Shown piece after piece: positions 7,242 to 14,958 of a stretch of DNA of 18,142 nt; within the stretch, counting starts at the first letter, position 1; every line of letters starts with the position of its first letter. Where the stretch lies: positions 1-18,142 of the forward strand of contig JAZGAD010000003.1 of assembly GCA_036444275.1 (NCBI GenBank), in the 5' to 3' direction. The notes under the pieces were generated by a model. It did not search any database. It saw only the letters and a program-made list of their open reading frames with translations, and was not told where the DNA came from. The translations under genes and the position numbers were made by a program. The DNA comes from Candidatus Hydrothermarchaeales archaeon. GTDB taxonomy: Archaea > Hydrothermarchaeota > Hydrothermarchaeia > Hydrothermarchaeales > JAZGAD01.

Positions 7242-7526
7242 ATGACTAAGTGCAACTTCTGCGACAGCACAGCCGATAGCATGCATTTCGGTCACCATAC
7301 TTGCGAGAAACATTCCCTAGAGTTCAAGGTATTCGAGGAAAAGAAAAGGGATATGGAGGTCAACCTAAAAGACGACATGCGGGTGGTGGAGAAGATGCTG
7401 AAGTTTAATCCTGGTTTAATGACATGCCCATGCTGCAACAACACCCTCGTAGTGCATCACTGGAAAGTAAAGGGCAATAAAAGGACCCCTGTCTTTAAGT
7501 GCGCTGCATGTGAATTCCTGGGCTAG
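7242..7526 (+). CDS. Small double zinc-finger protein (CxxC...CxxH, helical linker, CPCC...CxxC)
   Basis: CNFC/CEKH and CPCC/CAAC motifs. AT-rich TATA-like upstream region with no RBS (likely leaderless) and a T-rich terminator downstream. Confidence 0.8.
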   Translation: MTKCNFCDSTADSMHFGHHTCEKHSLEFKVFEEKKRDMEVNLKDDMRVVEKMLKFNPGLMTCPCCNNTLVVHHWKVKGNKRTPVFKCAACEFLG

Positions 7527-7550
7527 CCTGGCTGAGTTAATTATACCGCG

Positions 7551-7577
7551 CTTTGATTTTCCTTTTCTCTTTTTCTT
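7551..7577 (+). terminator. Oligo-T terminator between the convergent Zn-finger gene and pheA
   Basis: CTTTGATTTTCCTTTTCTCTTTTTCTT. Confidence 0.55.
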
Positions 7578-7580
7578 AAT

Positions 7581-8408
7581 TCAACCCTTTGGATAGCTCC
7601 CAAGTATTTTCATAAATGAAGCCTGTCTTTTTAGCTCTTTTAATGCATGTTTTATGCCAACCTCTTCCCTATGCCCCTCAAGGTCTATGTAGAATATGTA
7701 GTCCCCCAACGCCTTTCTCGACGGTCGGGATTCTATTTTGGTGAGATTTATTCCCAGCTCTGCAAATGCCCCTAATGCCTGGTATAATGCACCATGCTTA
7801 TCCTTGAGACCAAGAATGAGGGATGTCTTGTCATTCCCCGCCTTAGTATGGTCTTTTTTAGATATCACAAGGAACCTGGTCTGATTCAACTCCTCATCCT
7901 GAATGTCCTCTTTTAGGATTTCCAGCCCATATATTAGCGCCGAGATTCTGGGTGCAATAGCCGCTGTCTCTCTGGACTTGAGCTCTGCTACATGTCTTGC
8001 GGCCTCGGCAGTACTGGAGAAATTCCTAGTCTTAACCCCTAACCCCTTCAGGAAAATCTTACACTGCGCTAGAGCATGGGGGTGGGATATCACCTCCATT
8101 ACTTCCGAAAGTTTGACTCCCGGCTGGGCAAGGAGGAGATGCCTTACATTTAGTATGATCTCACCGTATATCCTTACATCTTCCCTAAGGAGCATCTCCA
8201 AGGTCATGCCCACCGCTCCCTCGATGGAATTCTCAACGGGCACTAATCCGTGGGGCGAGCGCCCTTTAGAAACACTCACGAATATCTCCTCAATATCCTC
8301 TGCTAAAAGGAATTCAGGCTCTTCGAAGAATTTCAAAGCAGCCTCCTCACTGAAAGTCCCTCTAGGCCCAAGAAGCGCTACCTTCGCCTTGTTTTTTCTA
8401 TCACTCAT
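7581..8408 (-). CDS. pheA: Prephenate dehydratase with ACT domain
   Basis: LGPRGTFSEEAA, VPVENSIEG, SHPHALAQC, STAEAA, NQTRF, INLTKIESRP, LGSYP. Confidence 0.96.
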   Translation of the reverse strand: MSDRKNKAKVALLGPRGTFSEEAALKFFEEPEFLLAEDIEEIFVSVSKGRSPHGLVPVENSIEGAVGMTLEMLLREDVRIYGEIILNVRHLLLAQPGVKLSEVMEVISHPHALAQCKIFLKGLGVKTRNFSSTAEAARHVAELKSRETAAIAPRISALIYGLEILKEDIQDEELNQTRFLVISKKDHTKAGNDKTSLILGLKDKHGALYQALGAFAELGINLTKIESRPSRKALGDYIFYIDLEGHREEVGIKHALKELKRQASFMKILGSYPKG

Positions 8409-8670
8409 CCTTTTCTGTACCCCTTTGAATCCCTTTACTCTGCTTTAGAATGAGGTCTACCAGTTTTTCCACGAAGCCCTCGTCAAGCTTTTTTGCAGCA
8501 CCACTATAGTTCTTTCTGACCTTTCGCTCCCTAGCATCGTCCTCAATCTTGAGACCTCTTGATCTCTTGATCCCTGCTATATCTTCGACTATCTCGAACC
8601 TCTCTTCCAGGAGACGGACTATATTTCTGTCTATCTCATCGATGCGCTGACGTAACTCCTCTAGGCTCAT
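8401..8670 (-). CDS. aroQ: Chorismate mutase (AroQ / type II)
   Basis: LEELRQRIDEIDRNIVRLLEER..IAGIK....IED.ARE...S...Q pattern; overlaps the pheA start by 8 nt. Confidence 0.92.
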   Translation of the reverse strand: MSLEELRQRIDEIDRNIVRLLEERFEIVEDIAGIKRSRGLKIEDDARERKVRKNYSGAAKKLDEGFVEKLVDLILKQSKGIQRGTEKDE

Positions 8671-8692
8671 GAGGCAAGTTCGTGGCCTAAGA

Positions 8693-9619
8693 TTAAAAAT
8701 CTTTTGCGGAATCCGTAATCCCTAGACGAGTGTTGCTGTAGAGCTCCGGAATATCCGCAATCGTTACGTATCGAATCTCATATGTATCCTCAAGGATGGT
8801 TAAAAACCTGTCCAGTTCTCCGAGTAGGTGGGGGGTTAATTTTTGTGGATGCGCAAACATCACGAAGGGCACCTCTTCTTCTGCGCATCTATCTGCAAAG
8901 CCGGTTAATATCGATACGTTCTTCAGCCTCGCTTCAGAGGTAACTACAGGTATCTCAACTACACCGTTTTCCATGTAATAAGGCCGGGGGTTTGAAAAAT
9001 CCTGATAAATACTGCTGTCGATCTCTATTCCAGCCTTTTGCAGTACTTCGAAATAAGCTGGATTTCTAGTCCAGTTTACCACGAGCGACGGCGCTCTAAA
9101 TATCCTAGGACGATATGCATTACTGATACTCTCCATGATGACACGTTGGGTGATTAATAAGTCCCGGTAGAAAGCATCCTCGCTTTTGAAACTTTTTTGC
9201 CATTCTTCATCCCATGAGTAGTTGTAGATACTGCCTATCAAAGCCGCTTCCCCTTCATCAAATAAGGGAAAATTATGGTAATAGGTATGCATGCCCAGGA
9301 GGTAACCCCGGGAATATATCTCCTGTATCTTATCCGGGTACTTCTCAGCTGTTACTCCAAGGACAAAAAAAGTTGCAGTGGCATTATGTCTTTCCAAAAG
9401 CTCAAAGATAGCTGGCAAGGTTCTACCCCCCTGGTTATCCCGCACGTCTTCATAGTCAAAGGTTAGAGCCACGTAGAGCTCTTTCACATCATACTCTTCC
9501 ACGCTCGGTGTATGAACCTCTTGCATGGAAAGGACTGCATCCTTTTTATTCCCAACTATAAATATAAACAAAGCAAAAAGTAGAAGGAGAAAGAAGGCTG
9601 TGACAATCTTTTTGTCCAT
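8693..9619 (-). CDS. Membrane-anchored polysaccharide deacetylase (CE4 / NodB homology)
   Basis: N-terminal TM anchor, LTFDYED, ATFFVLG, HTYYH (HxxxH), FRAP, DSS, EIPV, HP. ATG abuts the upstream TAA (TAAATG). Confidence 0.9.
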   Translation of the reverse strand: MDKKIVTAFFLLLLFALFIFIVGNKKDAVLSMQEVHTPSVEEYDVKELYVALTFDYEDVRDNQGGRTLPAIFELLERHNATATFFVLGVTAEKYPDKIQEIYSRGYLLGMHTYYHNFPLFDEGEAALIGSIYNYSWDEEWQKSFKSEDAFYRDLLITQRVIMESISNAYRPRIFRAPSLVVNWTRNPAYFEVLQKAGIEIDSSIYQDFSNPRPYYMENGVVEIPVVTSEARLKNVSILTGFADRCAEEEVPFVMFAHPQKLTPHLLGELDRFLTILEDTYEIRYVTIADIPELYSNTRLGITDSAKDF

Positions 9620-10438
9620 TTAACCAAGCTCTTCTCTCCGCCCCCTTATAATCACGGCAAGCAACAAGACTATTATAACGGCTGCTGCAATGGTGAGATA
9701 CCTCTTGACATCCGTGGGAGCCGGGCCTGCGCCCATCTCATCTGCTTTAGAGAGAAGCCTGTTAAGGGCGTTTGTAGCTATCTGGGCATTACTCTTAGCC
9801 GTCTCAATCTCCCCATTTTCATGAGCGCTTTCCGCTAGATCTATCTGTGTTCTAGCGTCTTGTAATTCAGCCTCCAATTCAGTAGTGGCCACACCTTTAG
9901 CCTTAAGGGAATCGATTTTTGTTCTAGCTTCGTTGTACTTGGCCCATGCATCATCTATAGCAGTCACAGTCTGCTTAATCTCTATATCTGTTACCGTCAG
10001 CGTCAGTGTCCCGTCATCTTGCCATTCAGGCTCATCACCCTTGTATTTCACGTAGGTGTTAATGGATAGAACGGTTATGGTAGTCATCTTCTCAACCGTG
10101 GGCGCCCAACCGCTAATTCTGATCTCGATTTTTCTCACACCATCTACTGGCAATGGAATCTGGTAGCTCTGTACGCCATATGTCTCTGGAGGTGCATCGT
10201 CGATCTGTATTTCAAGCCTAGGACTTGTCAGGTCCGTGGTATAATTTAGCTTCGCTTCCTCTGGTACTACACCTACCTTCTCAAGAGTCATGCTAGCCGC
10301 CACAAGATCGCCTATTTTTGCTGTTGTCTGGTCTAATTTAGTGTCACTTGGTTTAAGATAATCAGGGACCACAGCAGAAGCGACTCCAATACTTACTACA
10401 ACAAGCGCAAGAGCGAGTAAATAAATACCTATCCGCAT
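9620..10438 (-). CDS. Cell-surface single-pass membrane protein: signal peptide, beta-rich domain, coiled coil, C-terminal TM anchor and short tail RGRREELG; start 10438 or 10453
   Basis: MRIGIYLLALALVVVSIGVASA signal peptide, heptad-rich helical segment (AIDDAWAKYNEARTKIDSLK...ELEAELQDARTQIDLAE), TM LTIAAAVIIVLLLAVII. GGAGG 8 nt before ATG 10438. Confidence 0.85.
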   Translation of the reverse strand: MRIGIYLLALALVVVSIGVASAVVPDYLKPSDTKLDQTTAKIGDLVAASMTLEKVGVVPEEAKLNYTTDLTSPRLEIQIDDAPPETYGVQSYQIPLPVDGVRKIEIRISGWAPTVEKMTTITVLSINTYVKYKGDEPEWQDDGTLTLTVTDIEIKQTVTAIDDAWAKYNEARTKIDSLKAKGVATTELEAELQDARTQIDLAESAHENGEIETAKSNAQIATNALNRLLSKADEMGAGPAPTDVKRYLTIAAAVIIVLLLAVIIRGRREELG

Positions 10439-10452
10439 CCTTCGTTCCTCCA

Positions 10453-11457
10453 TCAAAACAACGGTTTTATATCTCCAAGCAAGTCCTCCAACTCCGATGA
10501 TGCCTTTTCCACTCCTTCTTGAATTTCGAATCTCTGAGCGATGTCCTTCAAACCTGTTATCATCAATCCTATATTTAAATATTTAGAATGAGGTTCATCT
10601 CTGAAGACATAGTCCACTTCACACCCAAATCTGCCCTTAACCCATTCCTTGGCGAAGCTCTGCCCATATACGTTGCTCAGGTCCCCATAGATTATGAGGT
10701 GTAATTTCTCTGCTTTCTCCATAGAAAGGAAGATGTGATCCTTGAGCATCTTGTCTAGGATATCCTTTATGGATATGTGCTCGGCCTTAAGGCGCATGTA
10801 GCCGGCGGTGGCAATCTTATCTCTAGCTATCTCCAGTATCTTAGCTGAATCTATCGTACTCAGGAACTTGAATATCGCCTCGTTGATTATCTTGTAGGCA
10901 GAGAATATGTCCTCGCCATGCTCAGTGAGCACGTTATTATCGAAGACTATTGCTCCATCCACTAGGTCAATGATGCGCGCTAGGTTCGCATATGTATTCT
11001 TGAGGTAAAGGGTTCCCTCAGCCTTGGAGGGAAGCATCAAGACCCCGATTATAGGTACATTATAAATAAACCTGAGCCTCTCGGCAATGAAAGGATATCC
11101 ACCAGTGCCAGTGCCACCACCTAAGCCGGCGATAAGGAAGAATATCTCAGGCTTCTTCAGGTTCACCTTCCTTATGGTATTCATGGCGAGCTCGGATTCC
11201 TCTTGCATTATCTTCTTCCCGAGCTCTATATCGCCACCTGTGCCATGCCCCTTTGCCCTGCTGCTTCCTATGAGCACCCTGCTCCTCAAAGGTATCGAGT
11301 CCATAGAAGTCAATGCATCCGAGGTATCTATTGCTACGCCCTTTGCAATTCCCCCTCCTTTAGATAACTTGCTGATCAAGCTACTTAAGAGATCCTTGCG
11401 ATAAAAGGATTCCACTACCTTGCAACCTGCACCTCCGATGCCGATGAGAGAGAGCAT
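10453..11457 (-). CDS. Divergent tubulin/FtsZ-superfamily GTPase (non-canonical CetZ-like)
   Basis: GIGGAGCK, GHGTGGD, tubulin signature GLGGGTGTG, EG, FDNN. T7 region shortened and reads IDSAK. Confidence 0.88.
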   Translation of the reverse strand: MLSLIGIGGAGCKVVESFYRKDLLSSLISKLSKGGGIAKGVAIDTSDALTSMDSIPLRSRVLIGSSRAKGHGTGGDIELGKKIMQEESELAMNTIRKVNLKKPEIFFLIAGLGGGTGTGGYPFIAERLRFIYNVPIIGVLMLPSKAEGTLYLKNTYANLARIIDLVDGAIVFDNNVLTEHGEDIFSAYKIINEAIFKFLSTIDSAKILEIARDKIATAGYMRLKAEHISIKDILDKMLKDHIFLSMEKAEKLHLIIYGDLSNVYGQSFAKEWVKGRFGCEVDYVFRDEPHSKYLNIGLMITGLKDIAQRFEIQEGVEKASSELEDLLGDIKPLF

Positions 11458-11466
11458 CCTTACCCC

Positions 11467-12609
11467 CTAGAGATTGTCTATGTCCCCCAGGAGATAGTCG
11501 ATGTCTCTTTCCTCCTTCTCTTCGCCGCCTCCAACCCGCCCCTGGATCAGCCTAGCCTTCTCCAACATGCTCTTGACCCTTGGAGCATTAGCAATGCCAG
11601 CTAAAAGCACGACGCATCCCACATAGCTGCTCTTCAGCAATGGATAATCACCCCCCCTAACCTCGGTACCAGTGATGGTACCCTCAAGCCATTCCCTGGC
11701 CTTCTCTATCCCCTTTCTGTCTAACTGATCTGGGGGACCAGCGATTATTATAAGCCCCTTATTGGCAGTTGTATACTCGCAGGGTAGAAGCAGTCTTCCC
11801 TTCACGGCGCGCTTCATCACAGATAATACCCTCGATGCCTTGCCTATCTCGTACTGCTTCTTCCGGAAGAGCCTTGTAAACAGGCCTTCCCTCTTAACCA
11901 TCTCTGAGGCATAGCCGATGCTGCATATCCCGCCGCCCCGCATAGTATTTATGACCTCAGAAGCGTCAACCACCATCTCTGGGGCGTGTTTCCTAGACCT
12001 TATCTCGCCGGATCTACAGATTATCCCTATCCTCTTCACCACTTCGGCATTTATTCTATCATATGCCTCACGAACGCTTTCCCCGGAGCGCAGAAAGGCA
12101 CCGTTGTCCACCAGTATGGTAGCATCACAGCTAGGTAGCAGAGCCTTTAGACTCCTAGCTGCATTCAAAGTGTAGATATCCCCCTCGTTCCCAGCTGGCA
12201 GGACCCCGACAGCATATACCGGCTCATCGTATACCTTCTTCAGATGCCTTGCAATTATTGGCATAGCGCCGCTTCCAGTACCGCCGCCCAGGCCAGACAC
12301 TAGTAAGAAGGCATCTAAATTACTCACATTAGACCTTGAAACCCTATTAAGGATTATATCGGCTTCATCCTTAGCAATCTCCGCCCCCTTCTTGTTATCA
12401 GCTCCAACTCCATGCCCCTTAACTTCTGTCTCCCCTAAAAGAATTCTATCTTCTTGCGGGATGTATTGCAAGCCCATTAAGTCAGAGACAGCAGTGTTTA
12501 CGGCGATTGACTCGAAGGTATGGGGAACATGGCTTTTTCGGTCATCAATTAAAAAATTATCCGCAATCTTACCACCAGCCTGACCCAAGCCTATGATTAG
12601 AACCTTCAT
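11467..12609 (-). CDS. cetZ: CetZ-family tubulin-like GTPase
   Basis: GLGQAGGKIAD, AVNTAVSDL, VKGHGVGADN, GLGGGTGSG, VDN, T7 VVDASEVINT, VRGGDYP. These are CetZ rather than FtsZ signatures. RBS GGAGG at 12617-12621. Confidence 0.92.
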   Translation of the reverse strand: MKVLIIGLGQAGGKIADNFLIDDRKSHVPHTFESIAVNTAVSDLMGLQYIPQEDRILLGETEVKGHGVGADNKKGAEIAKDEADIILNRVSRSNVSNLDAFLLVSGLGGGTGSGAMPIIARHLKKVYDEPVYAVGVLPAGNEGDIYTLNAARSLKALLPSCDATILVDNGAFLRSGESVREAYDRINAEVVKRIGIICRSGEIRSRKHAPEMVVDASEVINTMRGGGICSIGYASEMVKREGLFTRLFRKKQYEIGKASRVLSVMKRAVKGRLLLPCEYTTANKGLIIIAGPPDQLDRKGIEKAREWLEGTITGTEVRGGDYPLLKSSYVGCVVLLAGIANAPRVKSMLEKARLIQGRVGGGEEKEERDIDYLLGDIDNL

Positions 12610-12645
12610 TATTCTTCCTCCGTTGAATCAAAAATTCCCGTTAGA

Positions 12646-12676
12646 TATAATAAGCTTTCTCCTTATAAATATTTTC
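12646..12676 (-). promoter_or_regulatory. Two tandem BRE/TATA candidates upstream of cetZ
   Basis: Minus strand GAAAATATTTATAA (12663-12676) and GAAAGCTTATTATA (12646-12659). Confidence 0.55.
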
Positions 12677-12686
12677 TCAGGGACGA

Positions 12687-12705
12687 ATTTGACCGAATGT
12701 CAAAT
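12687..12705. promoter_or_regulatory. Palindrome ATTTGAC-N5-GTCAAAT, candidate transcription-factor site for the cetZ operon
   Basis: Perfect 7-bp arms at 12687-12693 and 12699-12705, 10 bp upstream of the distal BRE. Confidence 0.5.
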
Positions 12706-12839
12706 ATCTACCTAATCCACCTTTGAATTCCCCATATGTTTAGCTAAGGAAAACCCTGATATCCCTAAAGAGCTGTACCCTTTCGCCTCAGTATCTGCAA
12801 CTCTTCAAGGGTCTTATCTTAATCACTTATAGTGGTACC

Positions 12840-13610
12840 TCATTGGAACAAATCCTCTACTCCGAGGTCCTTAAAAAATCTGAAGTTCTTGACCATTATA
12901 CGCGACTCCAACTTAGTGATAGTGTCAACAAAGCCGTACCAGTATACCACTAATCCTGGGCCAAGAGTCTCAAGGCACTGGGCGAACTGCTTATCTAAGT
13001 AATATCTATGTAGCTCCTCATCTCCAAAACTGGCTTTGCTCTCTGCCCAGTAGATTCTTACATCTTCTACCACGAGCGGATCCTTCAGCAGAAAGTCCGG
13101 AGTCTTAGTATTTACAGCTCTAGGCGCCTCTTTTTCAGAGGTGAATCCTACACCCATCTTAGTTAGCCATTTTTCAAGGATGTCCTCCCCAAGCTTGCCC
13201 CATTCGCTCTGGGCGCTATGCGCCCATGGGGAGTACAAGTAATCTTCCCTTAAGGCCTCCTCTACCTCTGCCTTTAATCTTACATCACGAATGCGCGATG
13301 GATCCTTTAGAGCTCTTTTTCTAGCGTTCGCCGAAAAGTCTAATTTCTCTAGGAGTAGTAAAGCAATCAAAGCTGATGGGAAATTCAGCTTCTTAGCCAA
13401 GCTAAGGATGGACTCGCCCTTGCTCCAGCTCTCCTTAAGAGAGGGCGAATCATTCTTGATCTTGTGGTATCTCTTTTTAGCATCCCTCACCCGTTTTTGA
13501 TTCAGAATTATGGAAAGAACACTCTTTTGAACACCGTATCTGCCAGAGAGTTCTTCTATATTGGACTCTGTAACCCTACTATAAATCTCAGCGTACTTCT
13601 TTTCCTCCAT
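12840..13610 (-). CDS. C15orf41/CDIN1-family (TPD domain) PD-(D/E)xK nuclease-like protein
   Basis: N-terminal helical/HTH-like region, G..GE..L..WL, KTPDFLL, WAESKASFGD, GPGLVVYWYGF. Confidence 0.85.
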   Translation of the reverse strand: MEEKKYAEIYSRVTESNIEELSGRYGVQKSVLSIILNQKRVRDAKKRYHKIKNDSPSLKESWSKGESILSLAKKLNFPSALIALLLLEKLDFSANARKRALKDPSRIRDVRLKAEVEEALREDYLYSPWAHSAQSEWGKLGEDILEKWLTKMGVGFTSEKEAPRAVNTKTPDFLLKDPLVVEDVRIYWAESKASFGDEELHRYYLDKQFAQCLETLGPGLVVYWYGFVDTITKLESRIMVKNFRFFKDLGVEDLFQ

Positions 13611-13671
13611 GAATCAAAGAAATGCAATCATTTAATAATATAGTATTCTATCCAGTATCCAACGATCCTCC

Positions 13672-14016
13672 ATGATGATCCGCAATCTCACCAAGGATAA
13701 TATGATATGTGAAGCCGAGGAAGCGAGAAGCTTTCTTGCGAGGGCCCGGGGACTGATGCTCAAGCAAGCACTAGGGAAAAACAAGGGGCTTCTTCTTAGG
13801 TTTTCCTTCAAGGAAAACGCAGTGCATTCCTTCTTCATGAGGTTCACAATAGACCTCATCTTCCTTGATAATGCGAAAAATGTTGTAGACCTATATACGT
13901 TAAAGCCCTGGCGCGTCTATCGCCCGAAAAAAGCATGCCACTGGGTAATAGAGGTCAATCACGAGACTATTACGGACAAGGGAATAGAATTAGGGGATAA
14001 GCTTGAATTCGATTGA
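13672..14016 (+). CDS. DUF192 (UPF0127) family protein
   Basis: A.SFLARARGLM, VHSFFMRFTIDLIFLD, LKPWR, VIE, GD.L motifs. Confidence 0.9.
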   Translation: MMIRNLTKDNMICEAEEARSFLARARGLMLKQALGKNKGLLLRFSFKENAVHSFFMRFTIDLIFLDNAKNVVDLYTLKPWRVYRPKKACHWVIEVNHETITDKGIELGDKLEFD

Positions 14017-14043
14017 GATTGGCCTATATAATGTCAACTGCAC

Positions 14044-14955
14044 CTACTCTGAACTTTTGCCGAGGAGCATGCAGAGAAGTGCCTTTTGCACGTGCAACCT
14101 GTTTTCCGCCTGTTCAAATATGATAGAATTATCGCTATCCATTACTTCATCAGTTATCTCCAACCCGCGCTTAGCAGGAAGGCAGTGCATGACTAAAGGG
14201 TTATTTGCCTCTTTTAAAAGCTCACTGTTGACTTGGAATCCCTTAAACGCCTGGAACCTCTTATCCTCTTCTTTCTCTTGCCCCATGCTCACCCATACAT
14301 CTGTGTAGACAATATCCGCTCCCTTCACCGCTTCTTTGGCATCGTGGGTTATCTCTACACTCGATTTATTCTCTGCATACCCACTAGCCTCAGCCACGAT
14401 TGCAGAATTTGGCTCGTATCCCGGTGGACAGCCCACTGCGATATCCATGCCTACTAGCGAAGAGCCCAGAATCAGGGAGTTGCAGACATTGTTGCCATCC
14501 CCCACATATGCGAGTTTTATATCAAAACCCTTAGCCTCTTTGATAGTATAAAGATCAGATAGCGCCTGACAGGGGTGCTCTAGGTCAGTTAAGCCATTGA
14601 TGACTGGTACACTAGAATGCTTAGCCAGCTCAACAGCATCCACATGATGTCTGGCCCGTATCATTATAGCATCCACATAGCGTGACAGCGTCAGCGCAGT
14701 ATCTTTCATGCTTTCACCACGGTACAGCTGTATTTTTTCCCCCTCCAGATGAACAGCGTGCCCCCCGAGCTGGCTCATGGCTACCTCGAAGGAGACCCTA
14801 GTTCTAGTGGAAGCCTTCTCGAAGATCATGGCTAGGCTCTTATTCTTCAAGTGCTCTCTGAAAATCCCTTTTCTAGCCTCTTCTTTTAGCTTCTCTGATG
14901 TCTGGAATACGTAATCCAGTCTATCCCGTACATCACGCACTGAAATCATATTCAT
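14044..14955 (-). CDS. argF: Ornithine carbamoyltransferase
   Basis: FEKASTRTRVSF, HPCQALSD, GDGNNV, DVWVSMG, HCLPA, QAENRLH. Confidence 0.96.
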   Translation of the reverse strand: MNMISVRDVRDRLDYVFQTSEKLKEEARKGIFREHLKNKSLAMIFEKASTRTRVSFEVAMSQLGGHAVHLEGEKIQLYRGESMKDTALTLSRYVDAIMIRARHHVDAVELAKHSSVPVINGLTDLEHPCQALSDLYTIKEAKGFDIKLAYVGDGNNVCNSLILGSSLVGMDIAVGCPPGYEPNSAIVAEASGYAENKSSVEITHDAKEAVKGADIVYTDVWVSMGQEKEEDKRFQAFKGFQVNSELLKEANNPLVMHCLPAKRGLEITDEVMDSDNSIIFEQAENRLHVQKALLCMLLGKSSE

Positions 14956-14958
14956 AGA

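Noticed and set aside
11467-12609. Calling the tubulin-like genes cell-division ftsZ
   Set aside because: They lack the FtsZ GGGGxN and NxDFAD motifs; GQAGGK and DASEVINT are CetZ-type.
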